Assembly (NCBI GenBank): GCA_020850355.1
Contig: JADZEX010000048.1
Location: 13,508-77,507 of the forward strand
DNA from: Fimbriimonadaceae bacterium
Lineage (GTDB): Bacteria; Armatimonadota; UBA10988
Direction: 5' to 3'
DNA length: 64,000 nt
The notes under the pieces were generated by a model. The model was not told where the DNA came from, did not search any database, and worked only from the letters and a program-made list of their open reading frames with translations. Both the position numbers and the translations under genes were made by a program. Below are positions 1 through 9,767 of the stretch, in pieces. The first letter of the stretch is position 1. Each line of letters begins with the position of its first letter.

Positions 1-2
1 CG

Positions 3-275
3 GTCGATGTCCGCGACAGTGTCGACACGCACTTCGGCTGGGAGTACCGCGTCTCGCCGAAGTGGAGCGTGGTGGGCGGGGTCAGCCTGTTCGGTAGCCC
101 GTTGCACAGCCGCGAGCGACGCACTGTTAAGAACCTGGCAAGCAACTACGCTTTCGCGGCGCGCTACAATGACGGCCAGCACTACGAACTCGAATGGGGA
201 TTCGCCGAGAATATCGCCCGCAACAACAACACCCTCGATTTCGGCCTCTTCGCGCGGTTGCGCTGCTGGCCCTAG
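3..275 (+). CDS. C-terminal fragment of a putative outer-membrane beta-barrel protein (5' end outside window)
   Basis: Frame 3 is open from the window edge to TAG 273-275, with G/C-rich third positions. The sequence HFGWEYRVSPKWSVVGGVSLFG...YELEWGFAENI has alternating beta-strand character. Family not identified. Confidence 0.4.
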   Translation, partial: VDVRDSVDTHFGWEYRVSPKWSVVGGVSLFGSPLHSRERRTVKNLASNYAFAARYNDGQHYELEWGFAENIARNNNTLDFGLFARLRCWP

Positions 276-289
276 ATCGGGAAGCTGCC

Positions 290-1045
290 ATGTTCGCTCG
301 CCATCCGGCCATCACCGCTCTGCTCCGCGAGTTCGGCACCGCCGCCGACCGACCGGTCGACCCTGCCTCGGCGGTCGAGCGTTACGAGGCGCATCGCGCC
401 AGCCTGCTGGCCGCGGCGCGGGCCGCGCGGGCCGACCTGCGCGCCCTGCTGGACGGTCCGCCGCAGCCGGTCCTGGGCGCTGCTCCCGGCTGGGTCGGCG
501 CCAAGCTGTTGGCGGTCGACAGTCTGCTGCGCGCCGGCGGCGACGAGACGGCCACCTTCACCCGGCTGGCGGCGAGTCCCGCCGAACCGCTGCCCGTGCG
601 CTTGCGGGCCGCCCAGGCGATCTACGAGCTGGCCGGCGACGACGGTCTGGCGGCCCTGGCGGCCCTGCTCGTGGAGGCCTTTGCCGATCACGCCGACCTG
701 CGGCCGGTGGTGGCGGGCTTCAACGGCCTGCGCGGCGAGCTGGTGCGGCCGATTCTGGGCCACCTCTACGCGCGGGACCGCGCCAAGCGACAGCAGGCGC
801 GGCGGCTGCTGGTGGCCATCGGTCCGCCCGCCGCCGCGGCGTTGGCCGAAATCGTGCAGCACAGCGAAGACGCCTTCGCGCGCTCCGACGCCGAGGAGGC
901 GCTGGCGATGGTCGACCCGACGGCCCTCGATGTCGCCCACGGCGCCCGCGCCGAGGCCGCCGCAGCGGCTCCGAAGCGCACCGAGGTCCGGATCACACTC
1001 AGTGGATTGCAGCGCCCCGCCGAGTGGGGCAGCAGCGAGATGTAG
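290..1045 (+). CDS. HEAT/armadillo-like helical repeat protein (hypothetical)
   Basis: ATG at 290 inside ORF 194..1045. Ala/Leu-rich helical repeats (LRAAQAIYELAGDDGLAALAALL, RRLLVAIGPPAAAALAEIV) resemble PBS-lyase HEAT-like repeats. Confidence 0.6.
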   Translation: MFARHPAITALLREFGTAADRPVDPASAVERYEAHRASLLAAARAARADLRALLDGPPQPVLGAAPGWVGAKLLAVDSLLRAGGDETATFTRLAASPAEPLPVRLRAAQAIYELAGDDGLAALAALLVEAFADHADLRPVVAGFNGLRGELVRPILGHLYARDRAKRQQARRLLVAIGPPAAAALAEIVQHSEDAFARSDAEEALAMVDPTALDVAHGARAEAAAAAPKRTEVRITLSGLQRPAEWGSSEM

Positions 1046-1051
1046 GAATCC

Positions 1052-1438
1052 ATGGTCATCGAACACATCGGCTACCAACACCCCGACCCGCGCGCCGCGA
1101 CACCGTGGTATCTGCAGCAGCTCGGTTTCCGGCTGGTGCGCCAGCTCGATCAACCGCCGTACACCAGTTTCCTGGTCGACAGCGCCGGCCACGGGATCGT
1201 CGAGTTCTACTGCAACCCGGCCGCGCCGCTGCCGGACTATCCGCGGCAAGACCCGCTGGTGCTGCACCTGGCGCTGCAGGTCGACGATGTGCCCGGCGAG
1301 CGGGACCGCCTGCTGGCCGCCGGGGCGACCCTGGCCGACGATGTCGCGACGACCCCCTATGGCGACCAGATTGTGATGCTGCGAGATCCCTGGGGATTCC
1401 CACTGCAACTGGTCCACCGCGCGACGCCGCTGGTCTGA
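1052..1438 (+). CDS. VOC / glyoxalase-bleomycin-resistance family protein
   Basis: 128 aa. IEHIGY...FLVDSAGHGIVEF...VLHLALQVDD...LRDPWGFPLQLV is the typical paired beta-alpha-beta-beta-beta VOC pattern. Confidence 0.8.
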   Translation: MVIEHIGYQHPDPRAATPWYLQQLGFRLVRQLDQPPYTSFLVDSAGHGIVEFYCNPAAPLPDYPRQDPLVLHLALQVDDVPGERDRLLAAGATLADDVATTPYGDQIVMLRDPWGFPLQLVHRATPLV

Positions 1439-1511
1439 GCAGGACCGCCGGCCGCGGCGCCGAAGGCAGTGCGTCGGACCAGCGGCTGAACAGCCTGGGC
1501 GGGAGGACCGC

Positions 1512-2855
1512 ATGGGCACCGACGTGCGAATGGCATCGAAGCGGCTCGCCGCCGGCGACGGGATCGGGCCGGACGAGCTGCTGCTCTGGCAACCATCGAG
1601 CAGTCAGCGCTCGCCGCTCGGGATCGAGGCGCTGCTGGCGGTGGTCGACGGCGTCGGCGAACCGGTCTCGGCCGCCGCGGCGACCGGTTACGTCAAGCGC
1701 TGCCTGGAGCGCGTGCTGTGCGCGACCGTCGACCGGCCGGCGCTGGCCTCGCCCGACGACCTCGCCGATTACCTCCGCGACACCATCGCCTGGTGCAACG
1801 ACGCACTCCGCGAGGCGGGTGTCGGCAGTTCGCTGACGGGGGCCTCGCTGACCATCGTGCTGCTCGGGTTCGGCTGCTATGTGCTGGCGCACGTCGGCAG
1901 CGCGCGGGCCTACCGCTTGCGCGGCGACCACTTCGAGGTGCTCACCGCCGACCACTCCGGTGACGAGCTGCCGAGCCGCTTTCTGGGCTTGGAGCCGGGG
2001 GCGCTGCCGGACCTGGCGACCGGCGTGCTGCAGGATGGTGACCGCCTGCTGATCTGCAGCGACGGCCTGCACGGGGTGCTGCCGCCGGCGGAGCTGCAGG
2101 CGCTGGTGCAGCAGGCCGCGACCGCGGCCGAGACCGCTGACCGGCTGGCCTTGACGGCCGGCGCCGCCGGCGGCGACGACAGCCTGGCCATCGCGGTGGC
2201 GGTGGTCGGCCCGCCGGCCAACACGCTCAGCACGCCCAGCCCGTTGCAGCGTGACCAGACCGAGGTGCCGTTGCGGCTGGCCATCGAGCCCGGGACGCCG
2301 GGCCGGCCGGCGAAGCGCTTCGATCTGCGGCCCTGGCTGCGCTACCTGCGGCCGGTGCTGGTGCTGGCGGCGGTGGCGGCCGGGATGTTCCTGCCACCGC
2401 GCCGCAGTGCGGAGTCGCACCAGCAGGTGCAGTACCCCAACGCCACGCCCATCGCCGTGCCGCAACCGCCGGCCAGCAGCGCCCCGGCCAGTAGTGTGCC
2501 AGCGCCCCCGCCGGCCGCGCCGCAGGTCCTGACGCTCGGTGTGTTCGCCGACGGTCGCGACATTCTGGTGGCGCTGGCGAAGGCCGAAGGCAAGCTGACG
2601 CTGCGCGTCGGCAGCATCGAGGGCTCGCAGTACGAGCCGCAGCAGCGCGACAAGCTGTGGGCCATCACGCTGCAGAACAAGGCCGTTGGGCAGTCCTGGC
2701 AGCTCAAGCCCGCCGCCGGCACCCCGGCGCCGGAACCCGCCAACGGCACCCTCGGCGAGCAGCCGCCCGAGGTGCTCTGCCAGCCCGGCAGCTACACCCT
2801 CTGGATCGCCGATCTGCGGCGCGTCGCGGCAATCAGAGTGGTCGCCGGCCCGTAG
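1512..2855 (+). CDS. membrane-anchored PP2C-family Ser/Thr phosphatase with C-terminal extracytoplasmic domain
   Basis: PP2C-like motifs VVDGVGE, AHVGSARAY and LLICSDGLHGVL. A Pro-rich linker follows, then a TM segment (WLRYLRPVLVLAAVAAGMFL) and about 150 further residues. The start could also be the ATG at 1530. Confidence 0.8.
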   Translation: MGTDVRMASKRLAAGDGIGPDELLLWQPSSSQRSPLGIEALLAVVDGVGEPVSAAAATGYVKRCLERVLCATVDRPALASPDDLADYLRDTIAWCNDALREAGVGSSLTGASLTIVLLGFGCYVLAHVGSARAYRLRGDHFEVLTADHSGDELPSRFLGLEPGALPDLATGVLQDGDRLLICSDGLHGVLPPAELQALVQQAATAAETADRLALTAGAAGGDDSLAIAVAVVGPPANTLSTPSPLQRDQTEVPLRLAIEPGTPGRPAKRFDLRPWLRYLRPVLVLAAVAAGMFLPPRRSAESHQQVQYPNATPIAVPQPPASSAPASSVPAPPPAAPQVLTLGVFADGRDILVALAKAEGKLTLRVGSIEGSQYEPQQRDKLWAITLQNKAVGQSWQLKPAAGTPAPEPANGTLGEQPPEVLCQPGSYTLWIADLRRVAAIRVVAGP

Positions 2856-2877
2856 TCCCGGCGACCGGGAGAAGGGC

Positions 2878-5800
2878 ATGCGTCGGATCAGTGGTCTGCT
2901 CTGCCTGCTCTGGGTCTCCCTCGCGGCCGCCGACGTGGGCTGGCGCTGTGAGCTCCACTCGACGAGCGACTGGGAGGCGCGGCCCGACTGGATCAACCCG
3001 CACGCGCAGCGGCCCCGGCTGACAGCCTCCGCCACCGGCCTGCGGCTTGGCATCGACGAGCCCGGGCAGGCCATGAAGTGGCGGCGCGCGCTCGACGATC
3101 TGGACTTCGAGCTGGCGCCGTGGCTGGTGGTCCGATACCGCGCCGAAGGCTACGATCCGCAAGTCGATTACGTGCTCTGGGCGGCCGACGGCAGCACCAA
3201 TCGCGACGGTGTGAAGCTGCTGTTGGGGCCGGATCTGACGGTCGACGGGCAGTGGCACACCCGCGCGGTGCATCTGCCCACGGCCGGGCTGCAGCCGCCG
3301 TTGCAGCAACTCGCCCTGCAGTGTCGCGCCGCTGCCACCGGGGCTGGCTGGCTGGAACTGGGCGAGCTCTACCTCACCGACCTGCCCCCGACCGACGCCG
3401 CCGGCTTCGTGCCGCCGGCGCCGGTGGGCCAGCGCTGGCCCGTGCGGGTGGGGGCCGCCACCGCCTGGACGCACCAACCGGGCTGGCTGTCGCAACCCCA
3501 CCCCGCCAGCGCGGCGACCGCGACGGCGGCCGGCCTGCGCTTCACGGTGCCCGCCGCGGGGCACGGCGGCAAGTGGTCGCGGCAGCTCGACCCGGCGGTC
3601 GAGGGCGCCGGCTGGGTCGCCCTACGCTACCGCGCGCAGGGCCAGGGCGGCGGCGGCGACTACGCGCTTTACCTGGCTGGCTCGCCCGGCGGGCAGGCGG
3701 CGCAGGAGCAGTACGTCGTGCAGCTCGGCCAGCTCGTCAGCGACGGCGACTGGCATGTCGCGGTGCAGCCGGTGAAGGTGCCCAGGATCACCACCCTGGC
3801 GGTGCAGGTGCAGGCGATGGCGCCGGCGGCCTGGCTGGAGGTGGCGGGGATCACCTTCAGCGAGGGCCGGCCGGAGGTGCCGCTGGCGGACCTGGTCGAC
3901 CAGCAGCCGGGCCGGCTAACCGCGCCGTGGCGCGCCGTGGCGCTGCCGCCTGGGAACCTGACCGGCGCCGATCTGGCGCGCCAACTGCAGGTTGCCGGCT
4001 GGCTGGCGCCGGGCGAGCGACTGGTCGACGGGATCCCCTTCGGCCTGCGCCCCGACCCGACCGCCTGCGCCACGCCGCTCACCGAACCGGGCACGATCAG
4101 CCTGGAGCTGACCGGCCGGGCCGCCGAGGCCTATCTCTGGCTGGCGGCGCGCCTGCCGGGCAGTCCCGAACCAGGTGTGCAGGGCCCGGCCGGGGTGGTC
4201 CGGCAGGTCGAGCGGCTGGTGGCCAGCCTCGAGTACACCAGCGGCCCGGCCGACGAGCAGTTGCCGTGGGCCGTGCGGGCCGCCTCGCCGCAAGTCTCGG
4301 CCGGGCTGCATGTCTACGCCCTGGCCCTCGACCCGCAACGCGAGCTGCGCCGCTTGACGCTCCGCGACGGCTACGCCCGCGGCAGCTTCGCCCTGCTGGC
4401 AGCCACCTTGTCGCCGCAAGCCGGGCCGGCCAGTGCCGCCTACCAGCCGGTCCCCAACCCGCCGCAGCCGGCCGCCCGGCCGGTCGCCGCACGTCGGATT
4501 GGACTGACCGTGCTACCCACCCGGGTGGTCGCAGCGACGGGCAGCCTGGATGCCGTGATCGACCTGACCCGCGGCGTGCGGCTGGCCAGTCTGGTCAGCC
4601 AGGCCGGTGTCAACGACCCGCTGCAGGTGGCCCCTGGCCCGCTGTTCGAGGTCGTCGCCACCGGGCAGACCATCAACAGCGAGCAGTGCCAGGTGGTCAG
4701 CGCCGCGGCCACCGCCGGCGGGGCGCGGCTGGTGACGCGGGCGACCCTCCCGGGCGGCACGGCGCAGATCACCCTCGACCTGGCCGTGGCGGGCGACGAA
4801 CTGGCGCTGCAGGCCAGCCTCGAGCTGCAGGGACTCGATCCACGGCAGACGCAGCTCCATTGCCCGGTGCTGCGCGGCGCGCGGGTCGGGCCGGGCGAGG
4901 GGGACACCTGGTACTGGTACCCCCGGCAGGGCGACCTGGTGAGCAATCTGCCGACCGACCAGCGCGGACTGTACAGCGGCCGGGTGCCCCTGCAGGGTTT
5001 TGGCATCGCCGGCGCGCGGGGCGAGGGCGGGCTGTACCTGCGGACCGAGGACCAGGGCGCGGTGCCACGCTTCCACCGCCTGCGCAAGTCCGACGGGGCC
5101 TGCGATCTGGCCATCGAGTACTCGCCGGCCTGGCCCGGCCAACTGCCGCGGACGGTGATCGGCTGCCACCAGGGCCCCTGGCAGGTCGGCTTCGCGCGGT
5201 ACCGCGACTGGCTGGCGAGCTGGTACCAGCCGGCGGCGCCGCGCCAGGCCTGGTTCCGCGAAGTCTTCAACTTCCGACAGCAGTTCCTGACCTTCGCGCT
5301 GCCGCGCCGCAGCGGGCTGTTTGACCCGACCACCCGACGCTTCCACTTCGCCGAAGTACTGGCCGCCGACCGCGCCGCCTTCGGCGGCCTCGACTACCTG
5401 CATCTCTTCGACTGGGGCTGGGACCCGGTCAACGGCCGTTGCGGCGACTACACGCCCTGGGACTACCTCGGCCCGCCGGCGCAGTTGCACCGCGAGGTGG
5501 ACCAGTTGCAGCAGGGCGGCCTGCCGGTCGGGCTGTACCTGGAGGGCTACCTGGTCGATCCGACCAGCCGGCTGGGGCAGGCGCACGGCGAGGCCTGGCA
5601 ACTGCTGACGGCCGCCGGTCAGCCCTACACCACCTTCGCGCCGAGCTTCCACATCTGCCCCTGGGTCACCCCCTGGCAGGACTACCTCGCCGCGACCTAC
5701 GCCCGCGCCCGCCGGGAAACCGGGGCGCGGGGGTTCTACATCGACCAGTACGGCTTCTCGAACCACTACCTCTGCCACAACCCGGCCCATGGCCACCCCG

Positions 5801-6480
5801 TGCCGGCGGTGCCGGTGCTCGGCGAGCGGCAGATGCTGCAAAAGGTGCGCCAGGCGGTCGGGCCGGACGCGGCGCTCTACACCGAGGAGAGCCCGACCGA
5901 CGTCAACAGCCAGTTCCAGGACGGCAGCTTCACCTACCACATCGCCCAGACCGCCGAAGCCACCAACCCGAGCGGCGTCAACCTCTACCGCTTCGCCCTG
6001 CCGAGCTTCAAGACCATTGAGATCATCGTCTGCGACCAGCCCCTGGGGAGCAATGTCGAGGCGGTCAAACGGGTGCTGTTCAACGGCGAGGCGATCTGGC
6101 TGGAAGGGATCGCCGACCGCTGGTTCGCGCCCGAGACGCTGGCCTACATCCGTACGATGCATCGCATCCTGCGCGCCAACCGCGACTGCTTCAGCAGCGA
6201 CTTCGCCCGCCCGCTGGTGCCGACGCGCTACGCCAGCGTCTACGCCAACCGCTTTGACCAGGACGCCACCGGCGGCACCGCCTGCTGGACCATCTTCAAC
6301 ACCGGCTTCCGGACCTTGGAGGGCGAGGTGCTGGAGCTGCCGGCGGTGCCCGGTGCGCGCTACCGCGAGCTGACCAGGGAGCAGCCGGTGACGGTGCGGC
6401 AGGCGGGCGAGCGGGTCTTCGTCCCGCTCCGCCTGGCGCCGCGCGAGGTCCTGGTGCTCCGGCGTGACGTCGCCGGGTAG
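2878..6480 (+). CDS. 1200-aa secreted protein: duplicated N-terminal module plus C-terminal TIM-barrel-like putative glycoside hydrolase domain
   Basis: ORF 2686..6480 trimmed to ATG 2878, which gives the signal peptide MRRISGLLCLLWVSLAAADV. The C-terminal half (GFYIDQYGF...HGHP...LYTEESPTD) looks like an uncharacterised glycosidase-like barrel. Family not assignable without a search. Confidence 0.75.
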   Translation: MRRISGLLCLLWVSLAAADVGWRCELHSTSDWEARPDWINPHAQRPRLTASATGLRLGIDEPGQAMKWRRALDDLDFELAPWLVVRYRAEGYDPQVDYVLWAADGSTNRDGVKLLLGPDLTVDGQWHTRAVHLPTAGLQPPLQQLALQCRAAATGAGWLELGELYLTDLPPTDAAGFVPPAPVGQRWPVRVGAATAWTHQPGWLSQPHPASAATATAAGLRFTVPAAGHGGKWSRQLDPAVEGAGWVALRYRAQGQGGGGDYALYLAGSPGGQAAQEQYVVQLGQLVSDGDWHVAVQPVKVPRITTLAVQVQAMAPAAWLEVAGITFSEGRPEVPLADLVDQQPGRLTAPWRAVALPPGNLTGADLARQLQVAGWLAPGERLVDGIPFGLRPDPTACATPLTEPGTISLELTGRAAEAYLWLAARLPGSPEPGVQGPAGVVRQVERLVASLEYTSGPADEQLPWAVRAASPQVSAGLHVYALALDPQRELRRLTLRDGYARGSFALLAATLSPQAGPASAAYQPVPNPPQPAARPVAARRIGLTVLPTRVVAATGSLDAVIDLTRGVRLASLVSQAGVNDPLQVAPGPLFEVVATGQTINSEQCQVVSAAATAGGARLVTRATLPGGTAQITLDLAVAGDELALQASLELQGLDPRQTQLHCPVLRGARVGPGEGDTWYWYPRQGDLVSNLPTDQRGLYSGRVPLQGFGIAGARGEGGLYLRTEDQGAVPRFHRLRKSDGACDLAIEYSPAWPGQLPRTVIGCHQGPWQVGFARYRDWLASWYQPAAPRQAWFREVFNFRQQFLTFALPRRSGLFDPTTRRFHFAEVLAADRAAFGGLDYLHLFDWGWDPVNGRCGDYTPWDYLGPPAQLHREVDQLQQGGLPVGLYLEGYLVDPTSRLGQAHGEAWQLLTAAGQPYTTFAPSFHICPWVTPWQDYLAATYARARRETGARGFYIDQYGFSNHYLCHNPAHGHPVPAVPVLGERQMLQKVRQAVGPDAALYTEESPTDVNSQFQDGSFTYHIAQTAEATNPSGVNLYRFALPSFKTIEIIVCDQPLGSNVEAVKRVLFNGEAIWLEGIADRWFAPETLAYIRTMHRILRANRDCFSSDFARPLVPTRYASVYANRFDQDATGGTACWTIFNTGFRTLEGEVLELPAVPGARYRELTREQPVTVRQAGERVFVPLRLAPREVLVLRRDVAG

Positions 6481-6548
6481 GTGCGCCCGGCGGCGCACCG
6501 GACGGCAACTGCCGGCAGTGTCATACTCGCCGGCTGGAGACTCGGCAG

Positions 6549-8435
6549 ATGCGGCAACCTACCCTCGGCGAGCGGCTCCGCTATCGCTTTGACGCCCTGA
6601 TGTCCAAGGGCCCCGTCGCGATGATGGCGATGCTGGCGCTGATCTCGGCGCTGATCGTGCTCGGCATCAGCGCCGTGGTGGCGCTGCTGGGCGTGGCGCC
6701 CGACGACACTGGCTTCGGCAAGCTGGTGTGGATGAGCTTGATGCGCACCTTCGACGCCGGCAACATGGCCGACGACGAAGGGAGCCTCGCCTTCGTCGCG
6801 GCGATGCTGCTGGTCACCTTGGCCGGCATCTTCATTGTGTCGACGCTGATCGGCGTGCTCGGCAGTGCCCTCAACGAGAAGCTCGACGAGCTCCGCCGCG
6901 GCCGCAGCCGCGTGCTCGAGACGGGGCACACCGTGATCCTCGGCTGGTCGTCGCAGGTCTTCACGGTGGTCCACGAGATCGTCGCCGCCAACGAGAACCA
7001 GAAGCGCTCCTGCATCGCCATTTTGGCCGACCTGGACAAGGTCGAGATGGAAGACGCCCTGCGGACGCGGCTTGGCAGCACGGGTCGCACGCTGTTGGCC
7101 TGCCGCTCCGGCAACCCGCTGGACCCCACCGAACTGGAGCTGGTCAACCCCCACGCCGCCCGCGCCATCGTCGTGCTGCCGCCCGAAGAGGGCGCCCCCG
7201 ATGCGATGGTCCTGAAGACCGTGCTGGCCCTGACCAACAGCCCACACCGCCGGGAGGGCCGCTACCACATCGTCAGCCAGGTCCGCGACGCCAAGAACCT
7301 GCCGGTGATCCAGATGGTCGGCCGCGACGACGTGACCTTGGTGCAGAGCAGCGACTTCGTCGCCCGCACCATCGTGCAGACCTGTCGCCAGGCGGGCCTG
7401 TCGGTGGTCTGGACCGAACTCCTCGACTTCGGCGGCGACGAGATCTACTTCGCCGAGCTGCCGGAGCTGGTCGGCCGCACCTTCGGCGAGACGCTGCTGC
7501 GCTTCGAGGAGTCCAGCGTGATTGGACTGGCCACTGCCGACGGCGTGCGGCTCAACCCGCCGATGGACCAGCGCCTGGCCGCCGGCGACCGCCTCGTGGT
7601 GATCAGCGCCGACGATGACACAATCCGCCTGCTGCCGCAGCCGGTGCCGCCCCAGACCGACGCCGTCGTGGCGACGGCACCGCGGCAGCCCGAGCCGGAG
7701 CAGATCCTGATCCTCGGCTGGAACCGCAACGGCGCCACCATCGTGCAGGAACTCGACCACTACGTCGCGCGCGGCACGGCGTTGTGCGTCGTGGTCAGCG
7801 CCGCGGCGGGGCTCGACGGTCTGCGCGATCTGAGCACCGCACCCGCGAACCTCACGCTGACCGTCCACCACGGCGACATCACCGACCGGCAGCTGCTCGA
7901 CAGCCTGCAGGTGCCGACCTACGACCACGTGATTTTGCTCAGTGAGGAGTCCGCTGGCGATGTCCAGCAGGCCGATGCCCGGACGCTGACCACACTGCTG
8001 CACCTGCGCGATATGGAGGAGCAGCTCGGCGAGCACTTCAACATCGTCAGCGAGATGCTCGACCCGCGCAACCGCGAGCTGGCCCACGTCACCCACGCCG
8101 ACGACTTCATCGTCAGCGACCAACTGGTCAGCCTGATGCTCAGCCAGTTGGCCGAGAACCGTGATCTGGCGGCGGTCTTCGAGGACCTGCTCGACGCGGA
8201 CGGCAGCGAACTGTACGTGAGACCGGCTGAAGACTACGTCCAGCTCGGCCGGGAGCTGACCTTTGCGACCGTCGTCGCAGCCGCGCAGGCGCGCGGCGAG
8301 GTGGCCCTCGGCTATCGCCTCGCGTCGCAACAGCGCGCGGCCGACGCGGCGTTCGGCGTGCGTGTCAACCCGCCGAAATCGTCCCCGGTGACCTTTGCCG
8401 CGGGCGACCGCCTGGTGCTGCTGGCCGAAGACTGA
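6549..8435 (+). CDS. CASTOR/POLLUX-type ion channel with tandem RCK/TrkA-N-like domains
   Basis: N-terminal TM helices and a pore-like segment, followed by two GHTVILGW / ILILGWNRNG Rossmann-like RCK starts. Confidence 0.8.
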   Translation: MRQPTLGERLRYRFDALMSKGPVAMMAMLALISALIVLGISAVVALLGVAPDDTGFGKLVWMSLMRTFDAGNMADDEGSLAFVAAMLLVTLAGIFIVSTLIGVLGSALNEKLDELRRGRSRVLETGHTVILGWSSQVFTVVHEIVAANENQKRSCIAILADLDKVEMEDALRTRLGSTGRTLLACRSGNPLDPTELELVNPHAARAIVVLPPEEGAPDAMVLKTVLALTNSPHRREGRYHIVSQVRDAKNLPVIQMVGRDDVTLVQSSDFVARTIVQTCRQAGLSVVWTELLDFGGDEIYFAELPELVGRTFGETLLRFEESSVIGLATADGVRLNPPMDQRLAAGDRLVVISADDDTIRLLPQPVPPQTDAVVATAPRQPEPEQILILGWNRNGATIVQELDHYVARGTALCVVVSAAAGLDGLRDLSTAPANLTLTVHHGDITDRQLLDSLQVPTYDHVILLSEESAGDVQQADARTLTTLLHLRDMEEQLGEHFNIVSEMLDPRNRELAHVTHADDFIVSDQLVSLMLSQLAENRDLAAVFEDLLDADGSELYVRPAEDYVQLGRELTFATVVAAAQARGEVALGYRLASQQRAADAAFGVRVNPPKSSPVTFAAGDRLVLLAED

Positions 8436-8436
8436 G

Positions 8437-9741
8437 CTACGGCGTCTGCGCGCAGCGGAAGCCAAAGGCCACGCCGGTCACCGTCGGCTGCTCAAACAGC
8501 CGGCAGCCCGGTCGGACCGCCCAGGGCGCATTCAGGAAGGCGCCGCCGCGCAACACTCGCGGCCCGCCCGCGGGTGCGCTGTTGAGCGGGTTGCTGGCCG
8601 GCCCGGTGGCGTAGTAGTCGGCCGCGTAGACATCGGCACACCACTCCCAGAGGTTGCCCAGCAGGTCGTACAGCCCCCAGGCGTTGGGATTGCCGGCGGC
8701 CACCGGCGCGGTGCCGTCGTAGCCGTCGTCGTAGCCCAGGAAGTAGCGCCCCGGCTTCTTGATCTGCGGGAAGCGCCCGACGTGGGAGAGGTCGCAGAGA
8801 TTGCCAGCTCCCAGCGGCGGCTGCTCGCCAGGCCAGCCCCAGAAGGCGCCCGCCGTGGTCGCCCGCGCGGCGCGCTCCCACTCCGCCTCGCTCGGCAGCC
8901 GCCGGCCAGCCCACCTGGCGTAAGCCTCGGCCCCCGCGAAGCTGACGTAGGGCACCGGGTGCTGGGCATACTTGTCGAGCGGGCTGTAGACGCCGTCGCG
9001 CTGTTGCAGCAGCGGCGGGAAGGGCACCCCTTTGCCGGCCTCGCCCACCACGCCCACCCACTTGAGGCGCTCCTCAGAGGTCGGCTTGACGTCGTTCAGA
9101 AAGCGGCAGTACTGCTCGACGGTGACCTCGTGCAGGTCGAGCCAGTAGGCCTCCAGCCTGACCATCCGGGCCGGCGACTCCGACCGCAGGCGCCCTTCTT
9201 CGGCCGTCCCGGTCTGCGCGGCCAACCGCAGCGCCTGCTCGACCTGCTCCGTCGTCGAGCCCATCTGGAACTCGCCGGCCGGCAGCAGCACCTGCGGCAT
9301 CGCATCGCGCCGGGCCACCCGGAAGCGCAGCCCGGCCGGCGGCCGGAAGCCGCCCAGGTAGGCCGGCCAGCCCGCCGGCGGGAAGGCCTCGCCGCCGACG
9401 GTGATCGTCGGGCCCGGCCCCAGCGGCGTGGTCGGCCCGGTCGGCGCCACGGTCTCGCCGCCGATCGGTTGCAGCAGGATGCCCGACCAGACCAGCGTCT
9501 CGCCGACGCTGAGCGTCACCGTCGCCCGCCGCGGCTGGTAGCCCGGCAGGCGCACCTCCACGGTCAGCTCGCGCGCCGTGCCCGCCGGCACTGGCAGCAC
9601 CAGCGTGAGCGGCGTCCGACCAGCTTCCTGGCCATCGACGACCACCAGCGCCCCGTCGGGCCGGGCGGTCAAGACCAACGTCGCCGTCCCTTCGGCCAGC
9701 ACGGCACCAGTCAGCAGGCAGCAGAGCGCCAAGTAACGCAT
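8437..9741 (-). CDS. secreted PEGA-domain + formylglycine-generating-enzyme (SUMF1/FGE-sulfatase) domain protein
   Basis: Signal peptide, then a PEGA-like segment (LVVVDGQEAGRTPL). FGE-domain hallmarks: HEVTVEQY, RLPSEAEWE, GLYDLLGNLWEW, RVLRGGAF. Confidence 0.85.
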   Translation of the reverse strand: MRYLALCCLLTGAVLAEGTATLVLTARPDGALVVVDGQEAGRTPLTLVLPVPAGTARELTVEVRLPGYQPRRATVTLSVGETLVWSGILLQPIGGETVAPTGPTTPLGPGPTITVGGEAFPPAGWPAYLGGFRPPAGLRFRVARRDAMPQVLLPAGEFQMGSTTEQVEQALRLAAQTGTAEEGRLRSESPARMVRLEAYWLDLHEVTVEQYCRFLNDVKPTSEERLKWVGVVGEAGKGVPFPPLLQQRDGVYSPLDKYAQHPVPYVSFAGAEAYARWAGRRLPSEAEWERAARATTAGAFWGWPGEQPPLGAGNLCDLSHVGRFPQIKKPGRYFLGYDDGYDGTAPVAAGNPNAWGLYDLLGNLWEWCADVYAADYYATGPASNPLNSAPAGGPRVLRGGAFLNAPWAVRPGCRLFEQPTVTGVAFGFRCAQTP

Positions 9742-9767
9742 CGCAAGCGGCTCCCGCGGTCGCCTCC

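Noticed and set aside
7-1836. A 609-aa plus-strand ORF, and similar long ORFs (3078..5324 +, 4513..6498 -, 6360..8465 -, 20129..21691 +, 22055..24037 +, 33334..35466 +, 48095..50266 -, 55790..57919 -).
   Set aside because: All overlap frames that carry clear family motifs and a high-GC3 pattern. Their own translations are Arg/Ala/Pro/Gly-rich with no motifs. I treat them as GC-driven spurious ORFs.
2686-2877. N-terminal extensions offered by the ORF track (also 14381..14755, 16449..16541, 24002..24850, 24910..24981, 45029..45103, 53666..54022, 53917..54264, 41612..42862).
   Set aside because: The extensions are low-complexity and overlap neighbouring genes or the tRNA. They precede internal ATG/GTG codons that give proper signal peptides, SD sequences or canonical family N-termini.
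6481-6548. GCCGGC...GCCGGC inverted repeat and CATACT box upstream of the channel gene, considered as a terminator or promoter.
   Set aside because: The stem is only 6 bp with a 12-nt loop and no T tract. The -35 region is poor (cggacg). This is too weak to call.
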